Source: an uncultured Alphaproteobacteria bacterium
Lineage (GTDB): Bacteria > Pseudomonadota > Alphaproteobacteria > Rhizobiales > Xanthobacteraceae
NCBI GenBank assembly: GCA_963820365.1
Contig: CAWFZR010000005.1
Location: forward strand, 6,852 to 70,851
Reading direction: 5' to 3'
Length of the DNA stretch: 64,000 bases
Part shown: positions 55,413 to 63,552 of the stretch, piece by piece
How positions within the stretch are numbered: the stretch's first letter is position 1
How the letters are laid out: each line of letters starts with the position of its first letter
Notes under the pieces: model-generated
What the model was told of the DNA's origin: nothing
The model's database searches: none
The model's input: the letters and a program-made list of their open reading frames with translations, nothing else
Made by a program: the position numbers and the translations under genes

Positions 55413-56825
55413 GGGGATGCCCCAGATTTTGTTGAAGTAGGCGAAGCAGGCATCGCCCTGGATGATGCTATGCGGCATCAGCTTGCGGTTCAATCTTCTT
55501 CGTGACGACGTGCTTGGCCGCAAGAGCGACAAGCGCAGCCCTGAGGGTCGGAAGCTGCTTGTAGGCTTTCAAACGACGGAAGCCCTTTGCTGCCTCCATC
55601 ATACCGGCGGCCGTCCAGCGCAGCGCCATCGCGGCATTTCGCCAGCGCTTCACGTTGCGACAGACGCGGCGCACGGTCCCCATCATGTTCTCGATCGAGT
55701 TGGTGCAGGCGAGCGAGCGCCGGAGCTGCGTCGGGAGCCCAAGGCGATTGACTGTCAGCATCTCATCGAGCCCTTCGAGAATGCTGGCAGCGACACCAGG
55801 CGCCTCCTGGTCGAGCCTGCGGGCGAGATTGCGCAACAGCCGCTCGGCTTTATCGGCATCGTCGAGCTCCCAGGCGTGCCGGAGCGCCCGGCGCACCGTT
55901 GCATGCAGCGGCTTCGGCAGCCGCTCGATCACGTTGCGGGCTTTATGAATCTGGCAGCGCTGGATCGGCGTGTGGGCGCCGAAGGTCCGACGGATGACTT
56001 TACTCAACGCCTTGGCGCCGTCGATGATGAACAGCCGGCAGACCTTCGGGTCGAGCCCGCGCTCGATCAGGTTGTCGATCAGCGCCTGCACGACAGCGGC
56101 GTTCTCGGTTGCCCCTTCGATCAAGCCGAGCGGATGCTTGTGACCGCTTCCATCGATACCCAGGGCTGCGACGAGCACCAGGTCGTTGCCGATATGCAGC
56201 CCATCGATCTGGATGACCAGGAGGTCCAGCTTGGACAGGTCAGACGCCATCCACTCGGCCAGCCGTTCGGCCGACAATGCTACGAACCGGCGCGAGGCCG
56301 CCGACTTCGAGGTGCCGTCCCCGACAAAAGCTGGCAAATCACCCTCAGGAAGCCGCACAGCACGCCTGAGCTTGCGCGTCGACACGTTGATCAGCATCAG
56401 GTTCATGGCCCAGCGACCAAGCCAGTCCTCGGCCTGCGCCGCCGTCCAGGTCGGTAGCGCAACCTCATGGCCGTCGTAGCTGCGGACCCGCGGGCGATGT
56501 ACGGCAACCTTGCCGCCGTGGAAGCCGATCTTGCCACGGGTCCTGCCCCAGCGGTGGCCGACGCGACCTCCACCGCGGCTATGCGCCGCGCCGGCGAGCT
56601 GCTGCGCGTCCTCGCATAGCATTTGCTCGATGGCTCCGATCCCGGCCGTCAGACAGAAGCGCTCAAAGACCTGTCCACATCTTGCCAAGCCGTCTCAAGG
56701 CGGCACGCGAGCGATGAAGGCGTGGTAATACTCGTCATGGCGTTGCTCTCCTTTGCGGATTCGACACCCCGAGCCTAGCGGCTGGCGGGAGCCCCCTCCC
56801 TAATTCGACAGCGGCCGGCAATCCC
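55413..56825 (-). mobile_element. IS256-family insertion sequence inside peptide gene E
   Basis: Putative imperfect IRs GGGGATGCC..TGTTGAAGTAGG (55413-) and CCTAATTCGACA..GGCAATCCC (-56825). Both flanks continue one peptide leader. End points are approximate. Confidence 0.8.
55468..56688 (-). CDS. IS256-family transposase
   Basis: 406 aa. ..LLVIQIDGLHIG.., ..IQRCQIHKARNVIERLPK.., ..TNSIENMMG.. are typical IS256 blocks. A 29-codon ORF with a good SD (ATG 56738) runs into it in another frame, so an N-terminal frameshift is possible. Confidence 0.9.
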   Translation of the reverse strand: MARCGQVFERFCLTAGIGAIEQMLCEDAQQLAGAAHSRGGGRVGHRWGRTRGKIGFHGGKVAVHRPRVRSYDGHEVALPTWTAAQAEDWLGRWAMNLMLINVSTRKLRRAVRLPEGDLPAFVGDGTSKSAASRRFVALSAERLAEWMASDLSKLDLLVIQIDGLHIGNDLVLVAALGIDGSGHKHPLGLIEGATENAAVVQALIDNLIERGLDPKVCRLFIIDGAKALSKVIRRTFGAHTPIQRCQIHKARNVIERLPKPLHATVRRALRHAWELDDADKAERLLRNLARRLDQEAPGVAASILEGLDEMLTVNRLGLPTQLRRSLACTNSIENMMGTVRRVCRNVKRWRNAAMALRWTAAGMMEAAKGFRRLKAYKQLPTLRAALVALAAKHVVTKKIEPQADAA

Positions 56826-56898
56826 TCCCTCGTCTGAAACTGTATAGGTGAAGATATCTTCGTCAGCCTCGACGGTGCCAGTAGTGTTGTTCCTCTCC
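56826..56898 (-). pseudogene. Precursor-like peptide E, 5' half (no start codon)
   Basis: GAGGAGAGG then AAC AAC ACT ACT GGC ACC GTC GAG GCT GAC GAA GAT ATC TTC ACC TAT ACA GTT TCA GAC GAG = NNTTGTVEADEDIFTYTVSDE. The ATGGACGAT block seen in the other copies is absent. Confidence 0.5.
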
Positions 56899-56989
56899 TC
56901 TGCTAAGTAAGATATGACAATGCATCACGAAATTCTTTTCATGTAAAGCCTCACTTCCCCCCAAAAAATCAAGGAGAAAAATGCCGATA

Positions 56990-57235
56990 ATGGAGGTTTG
57001 CTTTACAAAACCGTTGAGTGGTCCCCGTTGTTGCAGATTTTTGCGTCGATGGTGATCGATGCGCGCACGGCAAGCACAGCGGCGGCCTGAACCAGTCGAG
57101 CACAACGGCCAGATAGACGAAGCCGCGTGCCATCGGGATGTAGGTGATGTCCAATTTAATTACGCCCACACCGTGGTTCGCCCACACCTTCGCTGCGATG
57201 GTCGCTTGGCAGGCGAATGGCGTGAGCACGGTTAG
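56990..57235 (-). pseudogene. IS3-family transposase (OrfB) fragment
   Basis: ..KVWANHGVGVIKLDITYIPMARGFVYLAVVLDWF.. is the DITYI...FVYLAVV.D integrase-core block. It continues frameshifted (..VLAVRASITIDAKIC..) and then ends. Confidence 0.6.
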
Positions 57236-57375
57236 CGACGCGTTGCTGTTCAAGTGCGCATGTCGTGTCTGATGACCGTCACGATGTTGGTCAACGGTCG
57301 CTGGCCGGCTCCGCAAGCAGACGCCCGACATCGAAGATTGCATCGCGCAGCGCTCCCGACGCTAGCCCGCGGAAC

Positions 57376-58364
57376 TCAGGATCGCCGGAAAATATCCTTG
57401 AGCGTGTTGGAGAACCAATCCGACGCGCTGCTTGCGGGGCGGCGTCGCGCGAGATGCTCAACCACGACGAGACGTTTGACTTCGCCACGCAAAAACAAGT
57501 CGAGGAATGCCGGGTAGTCGCTGAATGACACGCACCCGTTCTGATTGGCCGTTGGCACCGAGCAAGTAGGAATGGGCTAGTATCCCGCTGCGGCCGTGCA
57601 TCTTGGCGTCATCGGTCGGGATGAGGCGAATGGCACGAACGCCATGGAACAGCGACTTCGCGCAACTTCAGTTCATACACGTTGGGGGGCGTAGGCCCGG
57701 TCATTCTTGCGTGCGCGTGGCGTGGATCGTCCATGTGGCTGCCGAGGCCCGAATGCGCTCCAGCCGCCGCCCGTTTGGCAGATACACCGTACGGGACGTG
57801 ATGTCGTAGATCGCGGTATGGCGGGTGTCGACATCGGCGAGTGGGTTCGAATCCCTCGGCTTAAGGCCTTTCAAGCCTGAACCCGTCACCGCTGAAATCC
57901 TTCACCGCGTCGGTCGGCGCATAGGCGAGGGGAAGTGCAGTATCGGACACGCTGGCCAGCTGGAACTTGGTCTCCGGTGCTTGTTTCCTGACGGAGCGCG
58001 CAGCCGCTGCCACGGCAACGCGAGGGGCTGTTGCACCTAGCGGAGCCGGGGCGAATTGAACCGTGACGGTCGGGGCCAAGCCTTGGTCGCTGAAACGCTC
58101 ATTGAAGGACGCCGAGGTCTGCGAAAGCTGCATGGAGCGACCGGGCACACTGGGTGGGTCGAACGAGAAACGCTCAGAGAACGACGAGTGCCCCGACGGC
58201 GGTTCTGTCTGACTGCGTGCCCCGTTGAACGCCAATGCCAAATCGCCGCCAGGCAATCCGGTACTCGCCGGACCAGCGTCGAGCGTCAACGACATATAAG
58301 AGAGGAAGCCAGTCGCGAACGCCGCCAGTCCTGCGGCGATCGAGCCTATACCGACCCGAGCCAA
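57376..58364 (-). pseudogene. DUF2778 (L,D-transpeptidase-like) protein, spread over three frames
   Basis: TM start MARVGIGSIAAGLAAFATGFL (58364 frame). ..HTAIYDITSRTVYLPNGRRLE (57889 frame). ..NQNGCVSFSDYPAFLDLFLRGEVKRLVVVEHL (57558 frame). Confidence 0.65.
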
Positions 58365-58430
58365 GCGTCCCCCCGTCGTAACATCGACGGCGGGCGGGGT
58401 TCCTTCCCGGCACGCCGCCTCCCCAAAGCG

Positions 58431-59150
58431 TCAGTCAATCAACCGGGCGAATGCGGCAAAGTTGGACCGCTCGTGCGACTGAAGATGGGAGGCTCGTGCC
58501 CTTCCACCTCGACCACCGCCTGTTGGGCGTTTCGCCTGGGGCGGTAAGCGTACTGCTCTGGTGGAAGGCCGGCCTCGAAGATCGGTTCCAGCACCAGCAT
58601 CGCTGCTGTCATGCAGACCCGATCCCGCAAGGTCGAGATGCCCAGCGGCCTGAGCTTGCCGTTGGTCTTCGGTATGAACACTCTTCTGATGGGAGCTGGT
58701 CGGTAAGTCTCCTGCCTGATAGCAAGCGCCAGTTCGCCGAGCCCGCTGCACCCCATACGCCTCGATGTCCGCGAAGGATAGGACAGACTTTCTGACCTTT
58801 CCGAAAATCATATTCGCGCTGTTACTGCCCGAATTTTCCCTGATCTCCGCCGCAATTGCGACCTTGCCTGCTGCCAGACTAAACCCGGTCTAAAAGTGGG
58901 GTAGGGGGAGAGAAATCATGCTGCTTGTGTCTGGGCTGATAGTCGCCAGCATAATGGTGTACGGAGCGACATTTCCCCGCGCGCTTTAAATGGGCGCCCG
59001 ACAATTTCCCACAATGCGCCGTGCCGTGCTCATTCAGCGCCAAGGGGACATGATGCCCCCAACTTACCACGATAACCTCAAGTAGTTCCCAACATGAAAC
59101 CCCTGGGGGATCCCAAATTGCTATAAAAAACGAAGCATTAACAATTGCGT
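58431..59150 (-). mobile_element. Group II intron fragment: 5' RNA region plus degraded N-terminal RT
   Basis: ..[45 protein letters not shown].. (RT domains 1-2), frameshifted and truncated at ~58431. The upstream boundary is not determined. Confidence 0.55.
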
Positions 59151-59202
59151 CGCAGAGTTGTCGCAACATCGTGTTTCGTTTTTACTCGGTGGGGGGAATC
59201 TG

Positions 59203-59431
59203 ATGATCACGAGCAGCAGATATCTAATGACTGGGAGTCCCACCCGCTGTGCGTTCTGCAATGAGCCGTTTCGTCTCCAGGATGGGTACCTCAGAATCTT
59301 GGCGGACATTCGACGGCCATCACTTCTGTTCGGAGTTTTGCGCCGACGATGCAGAGGAAGCACAGTTTCGAAAGCGCCATGCCTCCACGCACTCGGTTGT
59401 CTCGGTGATAACCAGTTCGACCCGACTCTAG
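59203..59431 (+). pseudogene. Small Cys4 zinc-ribbon-like ORF, frameshifted
   Basis: MITSSRYLMTGSPTRCAFCNEPFRLQDG.. continues in the next frame as ..SESWRTFDGHHFCSEFCADDAEEAQFRKRH. Cys pairs CAFC and FCSEFC. Family unknown. Confidence 0.3.
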
Positions 59432-59696
59432 TATGCCGGCCACGCGCAGTGACCAACAGCCACGGCAATCGCCGCGCCGGCGTTCTTTCGTCGCCGAGAT
59501 TACCTCTCGGTCGCGGGCGAACAGCATCGGCGGAGCATTGAGAGCGATCAGACCCGGTATCGCTGCGGGCTGTGACGTCCGTGAATCCTGCAGATCCAGA
59601 AACGACGTTTTCGATGTATGAGTGACCCGACGCAACTAATTGGTCTCGCCCGCGTCGCCTGGACGCTCCTCCCACCCCCAAAAACCGGGGGGTGAG

Positions 59697-60275
59697 ATGA
59701 ATATGAACGCACTGGGCGTTCTGTCTGGCGTCGTGCTGCTCGCCTTGGTCTACGGGGGCCTTCATGGCCTCTTAGTTGTGACGGCCCTTACCGTGGCTTG
59801 GTGGGTCGTGCGGTCAACCCGCATTGGCGCGGCAGCGTATCGTAAGAAGCGCGCACAGGAGGAACAGGACGCCGAACGTCGGAAGCAAGCAGAACAACAG
59901 CGAGAAGCCGAGCGACGACGGGATGAAGCGCAGCAGCGCGAGGCCCAGAGAAAGGTCGAACAAGAACAGCAGGCTAAAGAACGGTGGCGGCAAGCCGAGC
60001 AGGAGCGCGAGGCTGAGAGACAGCGGCAACGGCAACGTGAGCGGGCCTCGAAGCAATCCGAAGACGATGATTGGTGGAGCGTTCTCGAGGTCGCGCCCGA
60101 TGCCAGCGCGGATGAAATTCGTTTTGCCTACCGCCGTAAGATACAGCGATGCCATCCTGATCGGGTGGCAGGGCTTGCCCCGGAGTTCCTAGAGGTGGCG
60201 GAGAGACAAACGCGGACGCTGAACGCCGCATATGCCGATGCGAACCGGGCGCGTCGGGGATGCAACGCGCGGTGA
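59697..60275 (+). CDS. Membrane-anchored protein with C-terminal J-domain (DjlA-like architecture)
   Basis: Two N-terminal hydrophobic helices, an E/R/Q-rich charged stretch, then DWWSVLEVAPDASADEIRFAYRRKIQRCHPDR (HPD motif). Start 59697 or 59703. Confidence 0.8.
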   Translation: MNMNALGVLSGVVLLALVYGGLHGLLVVTALTVAWWVVRSTRIGAAAYRKKRAQEEQDAERRKQAEQQREAERRRDEAQQREAQRKVEQEQQAKERWRQAEQEREAERQRQRQRERASKQSEDDDWWSVLEVAPDASADEIRFAYRRKIQRCHPDRVAGLAPEFLEVAERQTRTLNAAYADANRARRGCNAR

Positions 60276-60477
60276 CACTACCAAAAAAAACCCGCCTTGC
60301 GGGGACACCGCGGCGGGGTTTCGACATTCGGTCCCCACTCTTGGAGGGGGATTCAGGGTCAGCTCCCCTCCGCCGAATGTCACTCTCAATCTTCGCGCAA
60401 GGAAAGAAGGCCCGTCTGTCGCCTGTCCGACCCAATTGTGGGCCAAAATCCTAGACGGCTTCGACCTTCCGTCACCC

Positions 60478-60675
60478 TCACGAGGTGGCCCGCTTCCGGG
60501 CGGCCCGCTTCGGACAGTTGCCGCTTAAGCAGTGCCTTCCATTTCATCATGTTGGCTTTGCGCTGATGAGCTTGCGGACGTGGTAGCGCCCCCGGCGGGT
60601 GCACTTTGTGCATTCAACGCGCAGCACGTGGAGCTTGCCCTCGATATCGCCGAATACGAGATAGTTCCTGGCCAT
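60478..60675 (-). pseudogene. Small hypothetical gene (MARNYLVFGDIEGKLHVLRVECTKCTRRGRYHVRKLI..), frameshifted
   Basis: The reading frame changes twice (..KANMMKWKAL.., ..LSGNCPKRAARKRATS). Its ATG abuts the 3' end of the intron fragment. Confidence 0.35.
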
Positions 60676-61285
60676 GGGGGAAATCGGCGCGGGCCGCTTT
60701 ACCCAATTTGCGGGTCCCAAAACCGTACATGAACCTCTCGATTCATACGGCTCCCGATGTTCGGCCGTTGCCATGACACAGCTGCCAATGAGCGAACAGA
60801 GTTGGATTTGCACGGCGAAGCCACGCAAACCAGTCTCGCGCCCCTTTGGTCTTGTGACGCAACCGCTTGAACTTCCGGCGCGCCCAGCGAATGACATAGA
60901 CATCGATCCTCTTGAGGGTCGAGCGCAACTGCGTGCGATAGAACTGGCCGTAGTAGTTGATCCAACCTTCGATGTACGGCTTGTACGTCTTGGCCAAATC
61001 TTGCAGGGATTTGTCGCTGTGATGGTGAAGAGCCCAGCGCCGGATGGCCCGGCTTATGGACGTGAGCGCTTTCGGGCTAGTCGCGGGCAGAAAGCAAGCG
61101 AACGGACGGCCCCTCTCCCCAGCGCTTTCCTTGCTCGGAACATGAATCCGAGGAAGGCAAATGACTGGTTCAGAAAGTCGCCACGCCGGTTTGCATCCTT
61201 ACAATAGACGATCTTCGTCTTCTGCGGATGCAGCACCAACTTGCAAGCCGCAAAGCGGTCAGCAAGCGCGCCCCATAGTGCCCGC
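60676..61285 (-). mobile_element. Group II intron fragment: C-terminal RT/maturase plus domains V-VI
   Basis: ..LVLHPQKTKIVYCKDANRRGDF..FLGF.FR (RT domain 7) and ..YIEGWINYYGQFYRTQL...RWARRKFKRL (maturase X). Domain V follows. The 5' side is cut off at ~61285. Confidence 0.75.
60719..60753 (-). ncRNA. Group II intron domain V
   Basis: Minus strand reads GAGCCGTATGAATCGAGAGGTTCATGTACGGTTTT. This matches the GAGCCGUAUG....CGUACGGUUC consensus hairpin. The RT stop TGA lies in its 5' arm. Confidence 0.7.
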
Positions 61286-61289
61286 GCCT

Positions 61290-61510
61290 CCTCGGCCCAG
61301 GCCCGTCGGCTTCTTGCGCTGGTGGCGATCTATGACGGTGCGGCGCGCACCGAGGCGCGAAAATCGGCGGCGTCGGGCGTCAGGTTACAACGAGTGCGGC
61401 CCTGAGGGTCTCCTGAACGGCAAGTCGCCCGGGGCAGCCGTCCAAGCTCAACGATGTCAAGGCCAGGCCATCGCCCGCATCATCGAGAGGGCCCGAATTG
61501 GCATTACTTG
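61290..61510 (+). pseudogene. IS630-family transposase remnant (HTH region)
   Basis: ..ARRLLALVAIYDGAARTEARKIGGV.. then frameshifted ..GPEGLLNGKSPGAAVQAQRCQGQAIARIIE. Paralogous to 51427-51641. Confidence 0.55.
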
Positions 61511-61625
61511 TGTCTGCAATAAAATGACCCACTAGAACTAGTAGGGTTTATTTTTGCGTCTTTTGTTCTCTCTTCGTTCCTGGTACAACGAGACCCTCAA
61601 TAAAACCTGGTGAAAGGCAAGTACA

Positions 61626-62126
61626 ATGAGCGAACAGACAGTGGAAAATCACCCCGAAGCCGGTGCGGGCACTCCGAATGGAGTGCCCGCTGAAATCGAC
61701 GCCCACAAGCAGCGAGGCCGGCCCTTTGGGCCTGGGCGCAGCGGCAATCCGAACGGGCGGCCGAAAGGGTCGCGCAATCGGGTTACGCAGGCGATTGAGG
61801 CATTGATCGACGGGAAGGCGGAAGCGATCGTCGCCAAAGCAGTGGAAATCGCACTCGAGGGCGATACCAATATGCTGCGCGCCCTGCTGGCGACGTTTGT
61901 GCCGCGCCGCCGCGATAGAACCGTCGAATTCGACTTGCCAGATATCCACACTCCTGCGGACGCGCTCGCGGCGTCATCGGCGGTGATCGCTGCTTGCAGC
62001 CGCGGTGAGCTGGCACCCGCCGAGGCGAGCGAGATCATGGGATTGATCTCAACGCATGTGCGGACGTTAGAAGTGGTCGAGCTCGAAACGCGACTGGCTG
62101 CGGTCGAGAAGGCACAGAAACAATGA
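61626..62126 (+). CDS. DUF5681-like protein
   Basis: ..GRPFGPGRSGNPNGRPKGSRNRVT.. (GNPNGRPKG motif) as seen in phage/ICE-associated DUF5681 proteins. 166 aa. Confidence 0.7.
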   Translation: MSEQTVENHPEAGAGTPNGVPAEIDAHKQRGRPFGPGRSGNPNGRPKGSRNRVTQAIEALIDGKAEAIVAKAVEIALEGDTNMLRALLATFVPRRRDRTVEFDLPDIHTPADALAASSAVIAACSRGELAPAEASEIMGLISTHVRTLEVVELETRLAAVEKAQKQ

Positions 62127-62785
62127 GCCCGCGATCCCTTCGCATCCGCATAGAGCGTCTCGAAGCAACGATCCCGATGGACGAGGAAAGTAGAGCGCGC
62201 GCACGATTCAACCATTTGGACGCGATTGTCCGCCGCGGCCACATGGATACGCTCACGGATGCTGAGAAGAAAGAGTATCCTCACCTTCGACAAACTCTGG
62301 TCGCGTGGTTGCCGCCAGCGACAAACGACGAAGAGCGCGCAAGAAGGGCGCGCTGGAATGAGTTGCTGGAGAGAAGCAGGAATGAGCTGGACCGGGGAAT
62401 AACGACATCGGAGAATACACTCACTGCAGCAGAAAAGGCCGAGTTCAAGGAGCTTACATATCAGTACCATTTCTGCGGTCCCTACATAAAAGCATGGCGA
62501 GAGCGCGAGGCCTCACGCATTGCGCGCGAGAAATTGCGGGTCGAGGAAGACAAACGCATGAGAGAGGCACAGTTGCGACGAGCGAAACACAACGCCCCCG
62601 TTGCAGCGATCTCCGCAGGCAAATCTTCCCAAACAGACGATGAGACGTGGGCCCGAGCGGAACAAACCGCGAGGTCGCGCCAGCGGCTGCAACAGAGCAA
62701 TGCGCCCACACCTCCTGTCCAAGTTGAGCCCAAAGACCCAAATTGGGAATCCATCGACTGTGATTATGATCCCATAGATTTGTGA
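62123..62785 (+). CDS. Hypothetical protein, translationally coupled to the DUF5681 gene
   Basis: 220 aa, charged and helical. ATGA overlap at 62123-62126. No family recognised. Confidence 0.6.
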   Translation: MSPRSLRIRIERLEATIPMDEESRARARFNHLDAIVRRGHMDTLTDAEKKEYPHLRQTLVAWLPPATNDEERARRARWNELLERSRNELDRGITTSENTLTAAEKAEFKELTYQYHFCGPYIKAWREREASRIAREKLRVEEDKRMREAQLRRAKHNAPVAAISAGKSSQTDDETWARAEQTARSRQRLQQSNAPTPPVQVEPKDPNWESIDCDYDPIDL

Positions 62786-63106
62786 GTGAATTCGGCGGGG
62801 CTCCCGACAATCGATCGTTAGTGAATGCCGGTCATTCCGGGCTTCGGCGTTGCTGGAGATCAATCATTAAGAGCTGCATAAAAATGGGCTATTTAAGAAT
62901 CTCGTGAGAACGATTTGCAGAACGTTTTTCTGTCAACCGACCGAAAATTGTTCGGTGAACCTGTCGGCCTACTCAAGGCATGGGCGATAGAAGTAGGAGT
63001 CCTCTGGACGGCATTCTATGGCTGATATCTCTCATCGGCGCCGCAAATTGGAGTGTACTGGCACACTTCCTAACTGGTCTGTCGAACCCCTAGGGCATGT
63101 ACTCAT

Positions 63107-63133
63107 AAAAAGCCCGGCGCTGAGGCCGGGCTT
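63107..63133 (-). terminator. Rho-independent terminator for the minus-strand peptide locus 2
   Basis: Minus-strand reading: AAGCCCGGC-CTCAGC-GCCGGGCT followed by TTTTT. Paralog of the terminator at 54540-54570. Confidence 0.7.
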
Positions 63134-63269
63134 AACCCGAGGTTTCCGCAGGCGCGTGATGAACGCTGACGAGAGCTGCCGCCAAATCATAGCAGCCACC
63201 AAATTGCTGTGCGCCCGTTAGCGAACTCTTGTTCGGGTATGTTGACGCAGGAACGGCGTGGTGTGACGG

Positions 63270-63437
63270 TCATCGAGGGCAAGTGACGATTAACAGTGTA
63301 TCGCGGCACATAGGCGCTCTGATTGTGTCGCCCATTCTCTCAATGCCCGCCGCAGCCTCGATCGCCTCGTCTGAAAACGTGTACGTGAGCGTAGCTTCGT
63401 CGGCATCGAGGGTGTCAGTAGTGTTGATATCGTCCAT
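63270..63437 (-). CDS. Precursor-like small peptide D (55 aa)
   Basis: MDDINTTDTLDADEATLTYTFSDEAIEAAAGIERMGDTIRAPMCRDTLLIVTCPR. The 42 nt upstream, including the SD, are identical to those upstream of peptide A. Confidence 0.65.
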   Translation of the reverse strand: MDDINTTDTLDADEATLTYTFSDEAIEAAAGIERMGDTIRAPMCRDTLLIVTCPR

Positions 63438-63552
63438 GGTTTTCCTCTCAGCTAGGGCACATCACTGAGAATGTGGGGTGCAGTTCTCCGTCATTAAGTT
63501 GATACCCAGTCGTTGATCGCGTGATCAGCACGCTAGCTGCTGTAGGTTGCTA

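Noticed and set aside
57843-57857. GGGTTCGAATCCCTC, a tRNA T-arm-like string that could mark a tRNA integration site
   Set aside because: It lies inside the DUF2778 pseudogene coding sequence (..RDSNPL..). No acceptor, D or anticodon arms can be built around it, and the T-stem would have a mismatch.
59121-59765. 214-aa minus-strand ORF between the intron fragment and the J-domain gene
   Set aside because: It is Arg/Ser-rich with no motifs. It overlaps a plus-strand zinc-ribbon-like ORF and the start of the J-domain gene, and spans what is probably intron-derived RNA sequence.
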